Shown piece after piece: positions 6,957 to 14,773 of a DNA stretch of 32,000 bases. Position 1 is the stretch's first letter, and each line of letters begins with the position of its first letter. The notes under the pieces were generated by a model that had not been told where the DNA came from, did not search any database, and saw only the letters and a program-made list of their open reading frames with translations. The position numbers and the translations under genes were made by a program. The stretch covers positions 540,001 to 572,000 of the forward strand of contig OZ246396.1 of assembly GCA_965230905.1 (NCBI GenBank), given 5' to 3'. Source of the stretch: Candidatus Saccharimonadota bacterium (GTDB taxonomy: Bacteria > Patescibacteriota > Gracilibacteria > UBA1369 > 2-02-FULL-48-14).

Positions 6957-9191
6957 ATGCCACCAAAAAATTTAGTCATTGTAGAGTCACCTGGAAAGAT
7001 CAAAACGATCTCCAAATATTTGGGGCCTGATTATACAGTTATGGCTTCTATGGGCCACGTTCGTGACTTGCCAAAGACGAAAATGGGAATCGATACGAAG
7101 AAAAATTTTGAACCAAAATACATTATCCCGAAAGAGAAGATAAAAGTGATCAGCGGACTGAAGGCTAAAATAAAGAAAGACACCGTTGTATACATCGCAA
7201 CGGACGAAGACCGTGAAGGAGAAGCCATTGGATGGCATTTGGTGGAGGCACTGGAACTCGCGGATCGCAAGGATTTGAAGCGAATTGTGTTTCACGAAAT
7301 CACCAAGCAGGCGATTTTGGATGCCGTTGCGAATCCACGTACTATTAATAAGGACCTGGTGGATGCGCAGCAGGCGCGACGAATTTTGGATCGGCTCGTG
7401 GGTTATGAACTTTCACCGCTACTGTGGAAAAAAATTAAATACGGACTCAGTGCCGGACGCGTGCAAAGCGTGGCCGTGCGACTCGTGGCGGATCGTGAAC
7501 GTGAAATTCAAGCGTTTAAGCCGGAAGAATACTGGAGTTTGATTGCTGAAATGACTCCCGAAAAAACCAAGGAGCAGTTTTTGGCTAAGCTCACCAAATT
7601 CAAAGGCGAGAATATAAAAGTGACCAATGAAGCGCAGTCCAAAGAAATTTTAAAAGCGCTGGAAGGGGCGGATTATGAAGTGACGAGTGTGGAGAAAAAA
7701 GAAGTGAACCGAAATCCCGCCGCACCATTTACGACGTCAACTTTGCAACAGGAGGCCGCGCGAAAACTGGGCTTCTCCGTAAAGAAAACCATGATGGTGG
7801 CGCAGCATTTGTACGAAGGTGTGGAACTCGACACCGGGCACGAAGGGCTTATCACTTACATGCGTACGGACTCTGTGAACATTTCACAAATAGCGCTGAA
7901 GCAAGCGCAGGAAGTTATTGCCGCGCAGTTTGGAAAAGAATACGGACTCAGCGAACCCCGCTTATATAAAGGGAAGAAGGGAGCGCAGGAGGCGCACGAA
8001 GCAATTCGTCCATCGGACCTTTCTCGCACACCGGATTCCATTAAAAAATATTTGGAGAAAGACGAGCTTCGTTTGTATGAACTTATTTGGAAACGAACGC
8101 TGGCGTGCCAAATGGCGCAGGCGATTTTGGATCAAGTGGGGGTGGACGTCACCGCCAATGACTACACCTTCCGCGCAACTGGGCAGACCATCCGCTTTTC
8201 TGGATTCATGCAGGTGTATATGGAAGGCCAGGACGATGAAGATGAGGAAGATGAAGAAGGAATTTTGCCTATACTCACCGAAGGCGAACACCCTAAACTG
8301 AAGAAACTTTTGCCGGAGCAGCATTTCACCAAACCGCCCGCCCGTTACACGGAAGCGAGCTTGGTGAAAAAATTGGAAGCCGAGGGGATTGGACGTCCAT
8401 CAACGTACGCGCCCACCATTTCAACCGTGCTCACTCGTGGATACATTGAAAAGGAAGCCAAGCAACTCAAGCCTACGGATATTGGATTTTTGGTGAACGA
8501 CTTTTTGGTGGAGCATTTCCCCAAAGTACTCGATTACCAGTTCACCGCTCGCATGGAAGAAATGCTCGATGAAGTGGAAGATGGAAAGGGGACGTGGCAA
8601 AGTGAAATCCGCGAGTTTTATGAGCCTTTCCACAAGCTCGTGGACGACAAAATGGAGAACATCAAAAAAGAAGACGTGATCACCGAAAAGACCGACGAAA
8701 TTTGTGACCTCTGTGGCAAGCCCATGATGATCAAATTTGGACGTTATGGAAAATTCCTTTCCTGTACAAATTTCCCGGAATGTAAAAACGCCAAACCGTT
8801 GGATGAAGCGACGGGGAAGGTGGATGAAGCCAAGGAAAAAGAAGTGGCCGATTTGCAAAAGAAACTCGGCGGCAAGCCTTGCCCTAAATGTGGTAAACCC
8901 ATGGAAGTGAAGACCGGACGCTTTGGTCAGTACCTGGCGTGCACGGATTATCCAAAATGCAAAACCAGCGAAACCATTTTGAAGACCATTGGAATCAAGT
9001 GTCCTGAGTGCGGCAAAGGCGAACTCGTGGAACGTCACACCAAGCGCGGCGGCAAGCCGTTCTATGGATGCAATAAATATCCAACGTGTAAGTTTGCGGT
9101 GTGGGAAAAGCCCAACTCCAGCGAGCACGCGGCTGAGCTGAAAGAAGCCCAGGGCAAGAAAAAGAAGAAAGGCGAAGAGGACGAGGAATAA
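6957..9191 (+). CDS. topA: DNA topoisomerase I with three C-terminal C4 zinc ribbons
   Basis: 744-aa ORF. Toprim N-terminus LVIVESPGKIKTISKYLG and ATDEDREGEAIGWH; active-site Tyr region GLITYMRTDS. Three CxxC...CxxC ribbons (CDLCGKP..CTNFPECK, CPKCGKP..CTDYPKCK, CPECGKG..CNKYPTCK). Acidic insertion DDEDEEDEE and a K/E-rich tail. Confidence 0.96.
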   Translation: MPPKNLVIVESPGKIKTISKYLGPDYTVMASMGHVRDLPKTKMGIDTKKNFEPKYIIPKEKIKVISGLKAKIKKDTVVYIATDEDREGEAIGWHLVEALELADRKDLKRIVFHEITKQAILDAVANPRTINKDLVDAQQARRILDRLVGYELSPLLWKKIKYGLSAGRVQSVAVRLVADREREIQAFKPEEYWSLIAEMTPEKTKEQFLAKLTKFKGENIKVTNEAQSKEILKALEGADYEVTSVEKKEVNRNPAAPFTTSTLQQEAARKLGFSVKKTMMVAQHLYEGVELDTGHEGLITYMRTDSVNISQIALKQAQEVIAAQFGKEYGLSEPRLYKGKKGAQEAHEAIRPSDLSRTPDSIKKYLEKDELRLYELIWKRTLACQMAQAILDQVGVDVTANDYTFRATGQTIRFSGFMQVYMEGQDDEDEEDEEGILPILTEGEHPKLKKLLPEQHFTKPPARYTEASLVKKLEAEGIGRPSTYAPTISTVLTRGYIEKEAKQLKPTDIGFLVNDFLVEHFPKVLDYQFTARMEEMLDEVEDGKGTWQSEIREFYEPFHKLVDDKMENIKKEDVITEKTDEICDLCGKPMMIKFGRYGKFLSCTNFPECKNAKPLDEATGKVDEAKEKEVADLQKKLGGKPCPKCGKPMEVKTGRFGQYLACTDYPKCKTSETILKTIGIKCPECGKGELVERHTKRGGKPFYGCNKYPTCKFAVWEKPNSSEHAAELKEAQGKKKKKGEEDEE

Positions 9192-9264
9192 GAAAAACCT
9201 TTCTGCTAGTTTGCTCAGCACGGGAGCCTTTATGTGCTTCACAAACCACCAGAAAGGTTTTTCT
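9191..9264. repeat. Conserved-core hairpin element, copy 1
   Basis: Perfect 15-bp stem 9191-9205 / 9250-9264. Inner helices are GTTTG/CAAAC and AGCAC/GTGCT, closing the 12-nt loop GGGAGCCTTTAT. The 26-nt core 9215-9240 is identical to 22544-22569. Confidence 0.8.
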
Positions 9265-9356
9265 ACGTATTTCCCTGAGAGGGGACTCTTAGGGAAACCC
9301 CTTGGAAAGAAATTTACAGTTTGCTAAACTGGGGCCACTCCTACTCCACGCTATTT

Positions 9357-12080
9357 ATGAAAAAATTGTTCTACGCCATTTTATTGGCCATGCTCATTGT
9401 GCCTATTTTTGTGCAAAAGCAAATGGTGGAAAAAGCGGATGCGGTCTGGCCTTTTACGGATGAACCCGGGCATGGTTTTGACAGTGGAGATGTCTGTGGA
9501 TTCGTTCATTCGGTTGCTGCTAGCTACCCGTCCATCGCGGCTTTGACTGCAACAGTGAACTTTGGTGTGGTGGCGGATGCGAATCAAGGTTGTGTGGATG
9601 AGAATGGATACTTTTTTTCCTCCAGCGCTCGTGAATCAGAGGCTATTTATAGCCGCACGGTGGGAGGGACCACCACTGCTTACACTCTAGACTTTGACTT
9701 CAACACCGCTTCCAATGTTTTTGTGGATCCTACAACCGGGGAGTGGAGTGGGGCTGCGCGAATCACCAGCTCAAGCACCCCTGCCATTCCGCCCGCTCAG
9801 CGTTGGGTGGATTTTGATTGGGACTGCAGCGATTCTTGTGGGCTCGACCCGGAGGATTACCATGTGTACACCGATATGACGACGGGAGCGGTGAATGGCT
9901 ATGCGTGGAGCGACTATTTTAATAGTTACATTAGCTTCAATGGACTCACCCAAGAACTTCCTGAACGGGGCATCACCACTCGTGTACAGATTTTGGCCAA
10001 CGACACCGACTACGGCCCTGATGATGTGGATGGTAGCACCGCGCCTTTGGCGGATGGAGCTGAATACTGGCGAGTGAAGGTTCAATTTATAGATTCGCTT
10101 ACGGGCATAGCGTTGGGTTCGGATGACCTCGATTCCTTGGCCATTACGGTTGAGGCTACCAGTGATTCTAATGTTTACCTCAACCAAGTGGAAAATAGCG
10201 GGGACGCTATTGAAGAGTCCTATGACAACACGCATTTGGGTTGCAGCTCGGGTAGCTATTGCGTGATCACGGAGGACGATGGTTCCGAAAGTTTTAATAC
10301 CTTTGTATATTCCGGTTCGCCCACCTCACAGTGGATCGGCGGGGACACGGATACGGATGCAAGCATAGAGAGTCCGGCCGACCGGGACGGGTGTATTTGG
10401 ATTTATGCCGATCAAGGTACGGGTTCTTGTGATGGAAGCAGCTCCACCAAAGAAGAGGTGTTTTTTGATCGCCAAAGTGATCGCAATAAATATGAAATTG
10501 ACTACATAAATATAGCGCCAAAGTTTGCCGGAGATCGGGACGTGAGCATGTACACATATGACACCGGCAGTGAGGCTTATGTAGAAGTGACGGGTGCCGC
10601 AGGGACTTGGTGGCAATATTATCCAGGTGAAGACGCGGCGGATCTTAGCTACCGGCCCCGTTTCCAAATCTCAAAATTTGTTTCTGTTTTTGATGGAGAG
10701 GATCACACGGCTATTTCAGAAAATGCCAGCACCATTCAATACTTGAGGACAGAGGGCAGGATGTCTACGACGTCCACTGCGTTTCTAAGTTATAGTGGGG
10801 CTGTCGCCAAGCCAAGCTACCGTGTGTATTACCAAATGGATGCGACGTCCAGTGCAAGCTCCGTTGCCACCAATGACCAGAAGCTTTTAATAGATACCGA
10901 TGTGATTCCGAGCGCGGCTATGTCCGCCGACGCAGAGGCCACTAAACGTACGGATTCTTTGACGGCTATGAATAGCTCTTACACCAACTATAAAAAGAGT
11001 TACGCCTTGGATTACGATCAAACGGAGACATACCTTTCCACCTGTGGAACTATTGGGTATGCGCCTTGTACTGCGGGGACCAATACGCTTGTGGATCCCA
11101 CCGCCGAACTGTGGATCTGTGATGACGCGCCCCTAACCACCATGTCCGCCGGTCAAGCGTCTTGTTACTACGCTGAATATTTGGAGCACATCGACCGCCA
11201 CGCGGCCCCAGAAAGCATGCTGGTGATTGGAGCCATCAACTCTGTGATCGATGCCGACGATGTGCTGGAAGAAGTTTCGGATACTGAGGGCACGGTGCTC
11301 TCCGTTTTGGGAACCACCGAGACCATCAACTTGCGCAATAAAATGTACGCTCAAGTGCTGCGTTACACCTTGGGCCAAAAGGCTAGTTCTGGGGAGTACA
11401 CCGACGATAGCGGTAGCTGTGCCCCTTCTTCCGATTTAGTGGAACTCATGGATGGATGGTTGGTGTTTGCGGAAGGAGACGTGACCATTGATTGTTTTGA
11501 CGGCAGCGATAAGACCTTGGTGGTGCTGGGCGGGGATGTCTACATCAACACCGATATCACGAATGGACGCATGGGAATCATTGCCTTTAAGCGCGATGGG
11601 CTGGGAGGAAATGTTTATGTGGATAATGAGGTTACCGACCTGTACGCCAATATGTTCTTGGATGGAAGCTTGTTCAGCTACGACGGAACCGCGCCTACGG
11701 GAACCGTTCCTGAATGGGGGAGTGATGAAGAGAGGCTGGAGGAGCTGATGCATCAGCTCTACCTCAAGGGGTCCTTGGTTTCCCGCAACACGGTGAATGG
11801 AGCGGGCACGGTGGACGGTAGCTATGACTTGGGAGATGGGACCACCACCACGGATTATGAGGTGGCCCGCGAGTATGACCTCAACATGATCCGTCAGTAC
11901 CGCCAGTGCCACCCAATTAAGGACGGTGCACCCGACACCACGACTAGGGAAGCGTGTAACGAAGGCGAAAAACTCTCCGAGTATGGCCAAGCCAACGGCA
12001 CCAACAACTCCTTCATTTTGGATTATGAACCGGCGGATGGACTGCCTGTGTTCCAAGTGGAATCTGGACTCTTCAACTAA
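9357..12080 (+). CDS. Large secreted/surface protein of unknown function
   Basis: The ORF track starts at TTG 9321. I prefer ATG 9357, which gives MKKLFYAILLAMLIVPIFV (signal/anchor). The protein is about 907 aa, rich in D/T/S/G with many Cys, and I recognise no catalytic motif. The C-terminal third has beta-helix-like stretches (TLVVLGGDVYINTDITNGRMGIIAFKRDGLGGNVYVDNEVTDLYANMFLDGSLF). Confidence 0.75.
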   Translation: MKKLFYAILLAMLIVPIFVQKQMVEKADAVWPFTDEPGHGFDSGDVCGFVHSVAASYPSIAALTATVNFGVVADANQGCVDENGYFFSSSARESEAIYSRTVGGTTTAYTLDFDFNTASNVFVDPTTGEWSGAARITSSSTPAIPPAQRWVDFDWDCSDSCGLDPEDYHVYTDMTTGAVNGYAWSDYFNSYISFNGLTQELPERGITTRVQILANDTDYGPDDVDGSTAPLADGAEYWRVKVQFIDSLTGIALGSDDLDSLAITVEATSDSNVYLNQVENSGDAIEESYDNTHLGCSSGSYCVITEDDGSESFNTFVYSGSPTSQWIGGDTDTDASIESPADRDGCIWIYADQGTGSCDGSSSTKEEVFFDRQSDRNKYEIDYINIAPKFAGDRDVSMYTYDTGSEAYVEVTGAAGTWWQYYPGEDAADLSYRPRFQISKFVSVFDGEDHTAISENASTIQYLRTEGRMSTTSTAFLSYSGAVAKPSYRVYYQMDATSSASSVATNDQKLLIDTDVIPSAAMSADAEATKRTDSLTAMNSSYTNYKKSYALDYDQTETYLSTCGTIGYAPCTAGTNTLVDPTAELWICDDAPLTTMSAGQASCYYAEYLEHIDRHAAPESMLVIGAINSVIDADDVLEEVSDTEGTVLSVLGTTETINLRNKMYAQVLRYTLGQKASSGEYTDDSGSCAPSSDLVELMDGWLVFAEGDVTIDCFDGSDKTLVVLGGDVYINTDITNGRMGIIAFKRDGLGGNVYVDNEVTDLYANMFLDGSLFSYDGTAPTGTVPEWGSDEERLEELMHQLYLKGSLVSRNTVNGAGTVDGSYDLGDGTTTTDYEVAREYDLNMIRQYRQCHPIKDGAPDTTTREACNEGEKLSEYGQANGTNNSFILDYEPADGLPVFQVESGLFN

Positions 12081-12086
12081 GAGCTC

Positions 12087-12284
12087 TTAGAAGAGCAGCA
12101 TAAGGTAGAGCATAAGCGCGAGTGTGATGAGCGCTCCGCTTAAACCTGTGAACACCACCGTGAGGTATACGGTGCGTTTGCTGAGGTAACGGAAACGGGC
12201 GGCGTGCTTAATGATGAGGCTGCTGTAAAAGGTGAAGCCGAGGAGGAAGAGAGCGAGGACGAGGCCGGTGATGAGTTGAAGCAT
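12087..12284 (-). CDS. Small two-TM membrane protein
   Basis: The track ORF (TTG start at 12335) overlaps the upstream gene. ATG at 12284 gives a 65-aa protein, MLQLITGLVLALFLLGFTFYSSLII...LTVVFTGLSGALITLALMLYLMLLF, with two hydrophobic helices. Confidence 0.5.
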   Translation of the reverse strand: MLQLITGLVLALFLLGFTFYSSLIIKHAARFRYLSKRTVYLTVVFTGLSGALITLALMLYLMLLF

Positions 12285-12294
12285 GGGGAAGAGT

Positions 12295-13710
12295 TTAAGT
12301 GCGCCCTGTGGCCGAGTAGAGTCGAGTGAGGTCAATTTCCGGATATTTCTCTAGCTCTTCTAGCATGAGTTTAACGATTTCTTGTAAACGCTCGGGGGTG
12401 GCGGCTTCAAAACGCAGCGTGAGATTGGGTGAGGTGTTGCTGCAGCGCACGGCGCCCCAAGAAGTGGCATCAAAATTTACGCGAATCCCGTCGATGGTTA
12501 TGGAGTCGTATTTAGCGCCCAGATTTTTGGCAATTTGTTCCACGATGGCGAATTTTTTATCGTCCGGGCAGGGGCATTTGAACTCGGGTGTGGACGAAGT
12601 TTGCGGCACGTCTTTGAATAGCGCTGTGAAAGGCTCTGCGCTGCGTGACAGGATTTCGAGCAGGCGCGCCGCGCCCAAAAAGGCGTCGTCGAAGCCGTAA
12701 TAATTTTCGCCAAAAAATAAATGTCCGCTTATTTCTCCGCCCAGCGGCGCGCCTTCTTCCAGCATGGTTTTTTCAATAAATGAATGCCCGGTTTTGGCCA
12801 TAATGGGCACCCCGCCATGCGCGCGAATATCGTCGATGAGCACTTGTGAAACTTTAACGTCAAAGACCACTTTGGAGCCCGGTTTTCGGGTGAGCAAATC
12901 GCGCGCCACTTGCAGGAGGAGCAGATCGGCTTGGTAGTGTTTTCCAGTTTCATCAATCACGCCCACGCGGTCTCCGTCGCCATCAAAACCCAGGCCCAAA
13001 TCGGCCTTGTGTTCCTTCACCGCCGCGATCAATTGCTGCATGTTTTCTACTTCTTCCGGGTTCGCTTCGTGGTTGGGGTAATTGCCGTCGGGTTCCGTAA
13101 AAAGCGGAATCACTTCGCAGCCCAGGGCTTCAAAAAATGGTTTCACGTAAGGCCCGGTGGCGCCGTTTCCGCTGTCCACCACAATTTTGAGAGGACGCTG
13201 AATGTGCACAATGGACAGCATTTTTTCCAAATACGCGGGGAAGGCGCTGAGTTCATGGCGCGTGCCTTGGCCGGTTTCAAAATCACCGGCTTGAATCAGC
13301 TTCAAAACATCCTGCAGTTCGTCTCCGCAAATGGAGTGCGCGTTCTTGGCCACGAGTTTCACCCCGTTGTACTGCTTGGGATTGTGGCTGGCCGTGATGC
13401 TGGCGCCGCCGTCGAATCCAAATCGGCAAACTGCAAAATACAGCAGAGGAGTGAAAACCATTCCCAGCACAGTCACATCACAACCGGTGGAAAGCACGCC
13501 GTCAATAAAAGCATTCGCGAGTTCAGGGTTGCTGAGCCGGCAGTCGTAACCCACGGCTAAATTCGTTCCAAAATGGCGTTTGAAATAGGTTCCGGAAGCT
13601 TTTCCAATCAGATTGATGGTTTCGGGTGTGAGGTCGGGCGCCCCTTCGCTAACAGGATTGTGCGCGATTCCGCGAATGTCGTAGGCTCTAAAAATGTGTG
13701 GATTGATCAT
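12295..13710 (-). CDS. Phosphohexomutase (phosphomannomutase/phosphoglucomutase family)
   Basis: 471-aa ORF. Active-site Ser loop SITASHNPKQYNGVKL, metal-binding loop GFDGDGDRVGVID, sugar-binding GGEISGH, and N-terminus MINPHIFRAYDIRG. Confidence 0.9.
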   Translation of the reverse strand: MINPHIFRAYDIRGIAHNPVSEGAPDLTPETINLIGKASGTYFKRHFGTNLAVGYDCRLSNPELANAFIDGVLSTGCDVTVLGMVFTPLLYFAVCRFGFDGGASITASHNPKQYNGVKLVAKNAHSICGDELQDVLKLIQAGDFETGQGTRHELSAFPAYLEKMLSIVHIQRPLKIVVDSGNGATGPYVKPFFEALGCEVIPLFTEPDGNYPNHEANPEEVENMQQLIAAVKEHKADLGLGFDGDGDRVGVIDETGKHYQADLLLLQVARDLLTRKPGSKVVFDVKVSQVLIDDIRAHGGVPIMAKTGHSFIEKTMLEEGAPLGGEISGHLFFGENYYGFDDAFLGAARLLEILSRSAEPFTALFKDVPQTSSTPEFKCPCPDDKKFAIVEQIAKNLGAKYDSITIDGIRVNFDATSWGAVRCSNTSPNLTLRFEAATPERLQEIVKLMLEELEKYPEIDLTRLYSATGRT

Positions 13711-13757
13711 GCGCTGAGTCTAACCTATAGATGCCCCTGGAAAAAAGAGCATAAAAA

Positions 13758-13766
13758 TGGTATAAT
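13758..13766 (+). promoter_or_regulatory. Extended -10 promoter element upstream of the hydrolase pair
   Basis: TGGTATAAT (13758-13766) lies 20 nt upstream of ATG 13787, with AAGG just before the start. The same 9-mer recurs at 16970-16978. Confidence 0.4.
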
Positions 13767-13786
13767 CATAAGATTAAATTAAGGTT

Positions 13787-14773
13787 ATGACTGAGATACT
13801 TTCATCTGCCGCCCCCGAAGGCCCTCCAGAGAACCCTCTTGAAGGAGAAATTCCTGCTGAAATCATTGGGGAGGGAAGTAAGCTTGAATCCAGAGTAAAA
13901 CTCGCGGAATTGGAGGGGGACGTTTCAGGGATGGAAGCGAGTATTGGAAGCCTGAACCTTCCAAAAACCCCTCAAACGGCCACGCCTTCTGCGGCTGAGC
14001 CCACTCTTTGGAAGAAGCTCAAGTCTAGCCTTGGAGCTGCGGCCAAATGGTTCACCGACCATACGGGGTCTTTGGGACGTTGGCTCACAAAAACTTTTGG
14101 AGCTGAAGAAGAATTGCCTCACTATCGCACCGATGATGAAAGCTACGATCCCGATGATCCTGAAACCAAAAAACTGGTGGGAAGTGCAGAAAAACAGCTC
14201 AACAGTGCTTTAGAAAAAAATCCTAGCTGGCTGGGCTTGGCCCAAGAAGCCGCAAAAAGATCCACTATTGCGGTGCCTATTCTATTCGCCTTTGCCCGTT
14301 TTGAATCGGCATTCAATCCCAATGCCGTGAATGGTACCGTGGCCGGTTTGGGGCAATTCTGGGGACCTACTTGGGACCGATTTATGGCGGAGAACCCAGA
14401 TTTTAAGGGCGCTTCTCGCACCGATCCCCGAGCTTCTTTTTGCGCCATGGCTTGGTACGCCCGTAAAAATGCTGAGGAATGTAAAATAGATACGTCTGCA
14501 CCCGATGCCGCCGCTCGACTCTATGAAGCCCATCATGAAGGAGCGGGTGGTTTCGCTCAGCTTCAAGCCTTTCGCCGCGGAGAAATCACGGGTAAACAAA
14601 GAATCCCCAAAACCTACGCCGGAAAATCTTTCCCTAAGTTTGGAGTTCCCATTGTGGATACCTATGAAAATTATGTAAAACTGGTTACGGCCATGTCCGC
14701 CAAAGTTCAGGCGGTGGCAGATCTATACAACACCGTGCTGCCCGCTTATTCCTCACAGCAAACCAATTCATGA
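13787..14773 (+). CDS. Lytic transglycosylase (SLT-domain) protein without a signal peptide
   Basis: 328-aa ORF. SLT catalytic region FAFARFESAFNPNAVNGTVAGLGQFWGPTWDRF followed by LYEAHHEGAGGF. The first ~130 aa are low-complexity/acidic with an amphipathic helix, and no hydrophobic N-terminal segment is present. Confidence 0.8.
   Translation: MTEILSSAAPEGPPENPLEGEIPAEIIGEGSKLESRVKLAELEGDVSGMEASIGSLNLPKTPQTATPSAAEPTLWKKLKSSLGAAAKWFTDHTGSLGRWLTKTFGAEEELPHYRTDDESYDPDDPETKKLVGSAEKQLNSALEKNPSWLGLAQEAAKRSTIAVPILFAFARFESAFNPNAVNGTVAGLGQFWGPTWDRFMAENPDFKGASRTDPRASFCAMAWYARKNAEECKIDTSAPDAAARLYEAHHEGAGGFAQLQAFRRGEITGKQRIPKTYAGKSFPKFGVPIVDTYENYVKLVTAMSAKVQAVADLYNTVLPAYSSQQTNS

Noticed and set aside
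8421-9242. 273-aa minus-strand ORF (and 8995..9249) at the 3' end of topA
   Set aside because: It is antisense to the zinc-ribbon region of topA. Its N-terminus is simply the read-through of the conserved hairpin, and the same artefact appears at 22559..22885.
9321-9356. Upstream alternative starts given by the ORF track (TTG 9321, GTG 27244, ATG 16987, GTG 22479, TTG 12335)
   Set aside because: In each case a downstream ATG gives a canonical N-terminus (signal peptide, MENAY after a terminator, MQKILTKNKRA, MSKVCQ, or a non-overlapping start). The extension would overlap a terminator, a promoter or the neighbouring gene.
11436-12056. 206-aa minus-strand ORF inside the large secreted protein gene (and 9771..10235, 10326..10667)
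   Set aside because: These are shadow ORFs within a long, uninterrupted plus-strand gene that has a signal peptide. There is no independent support.
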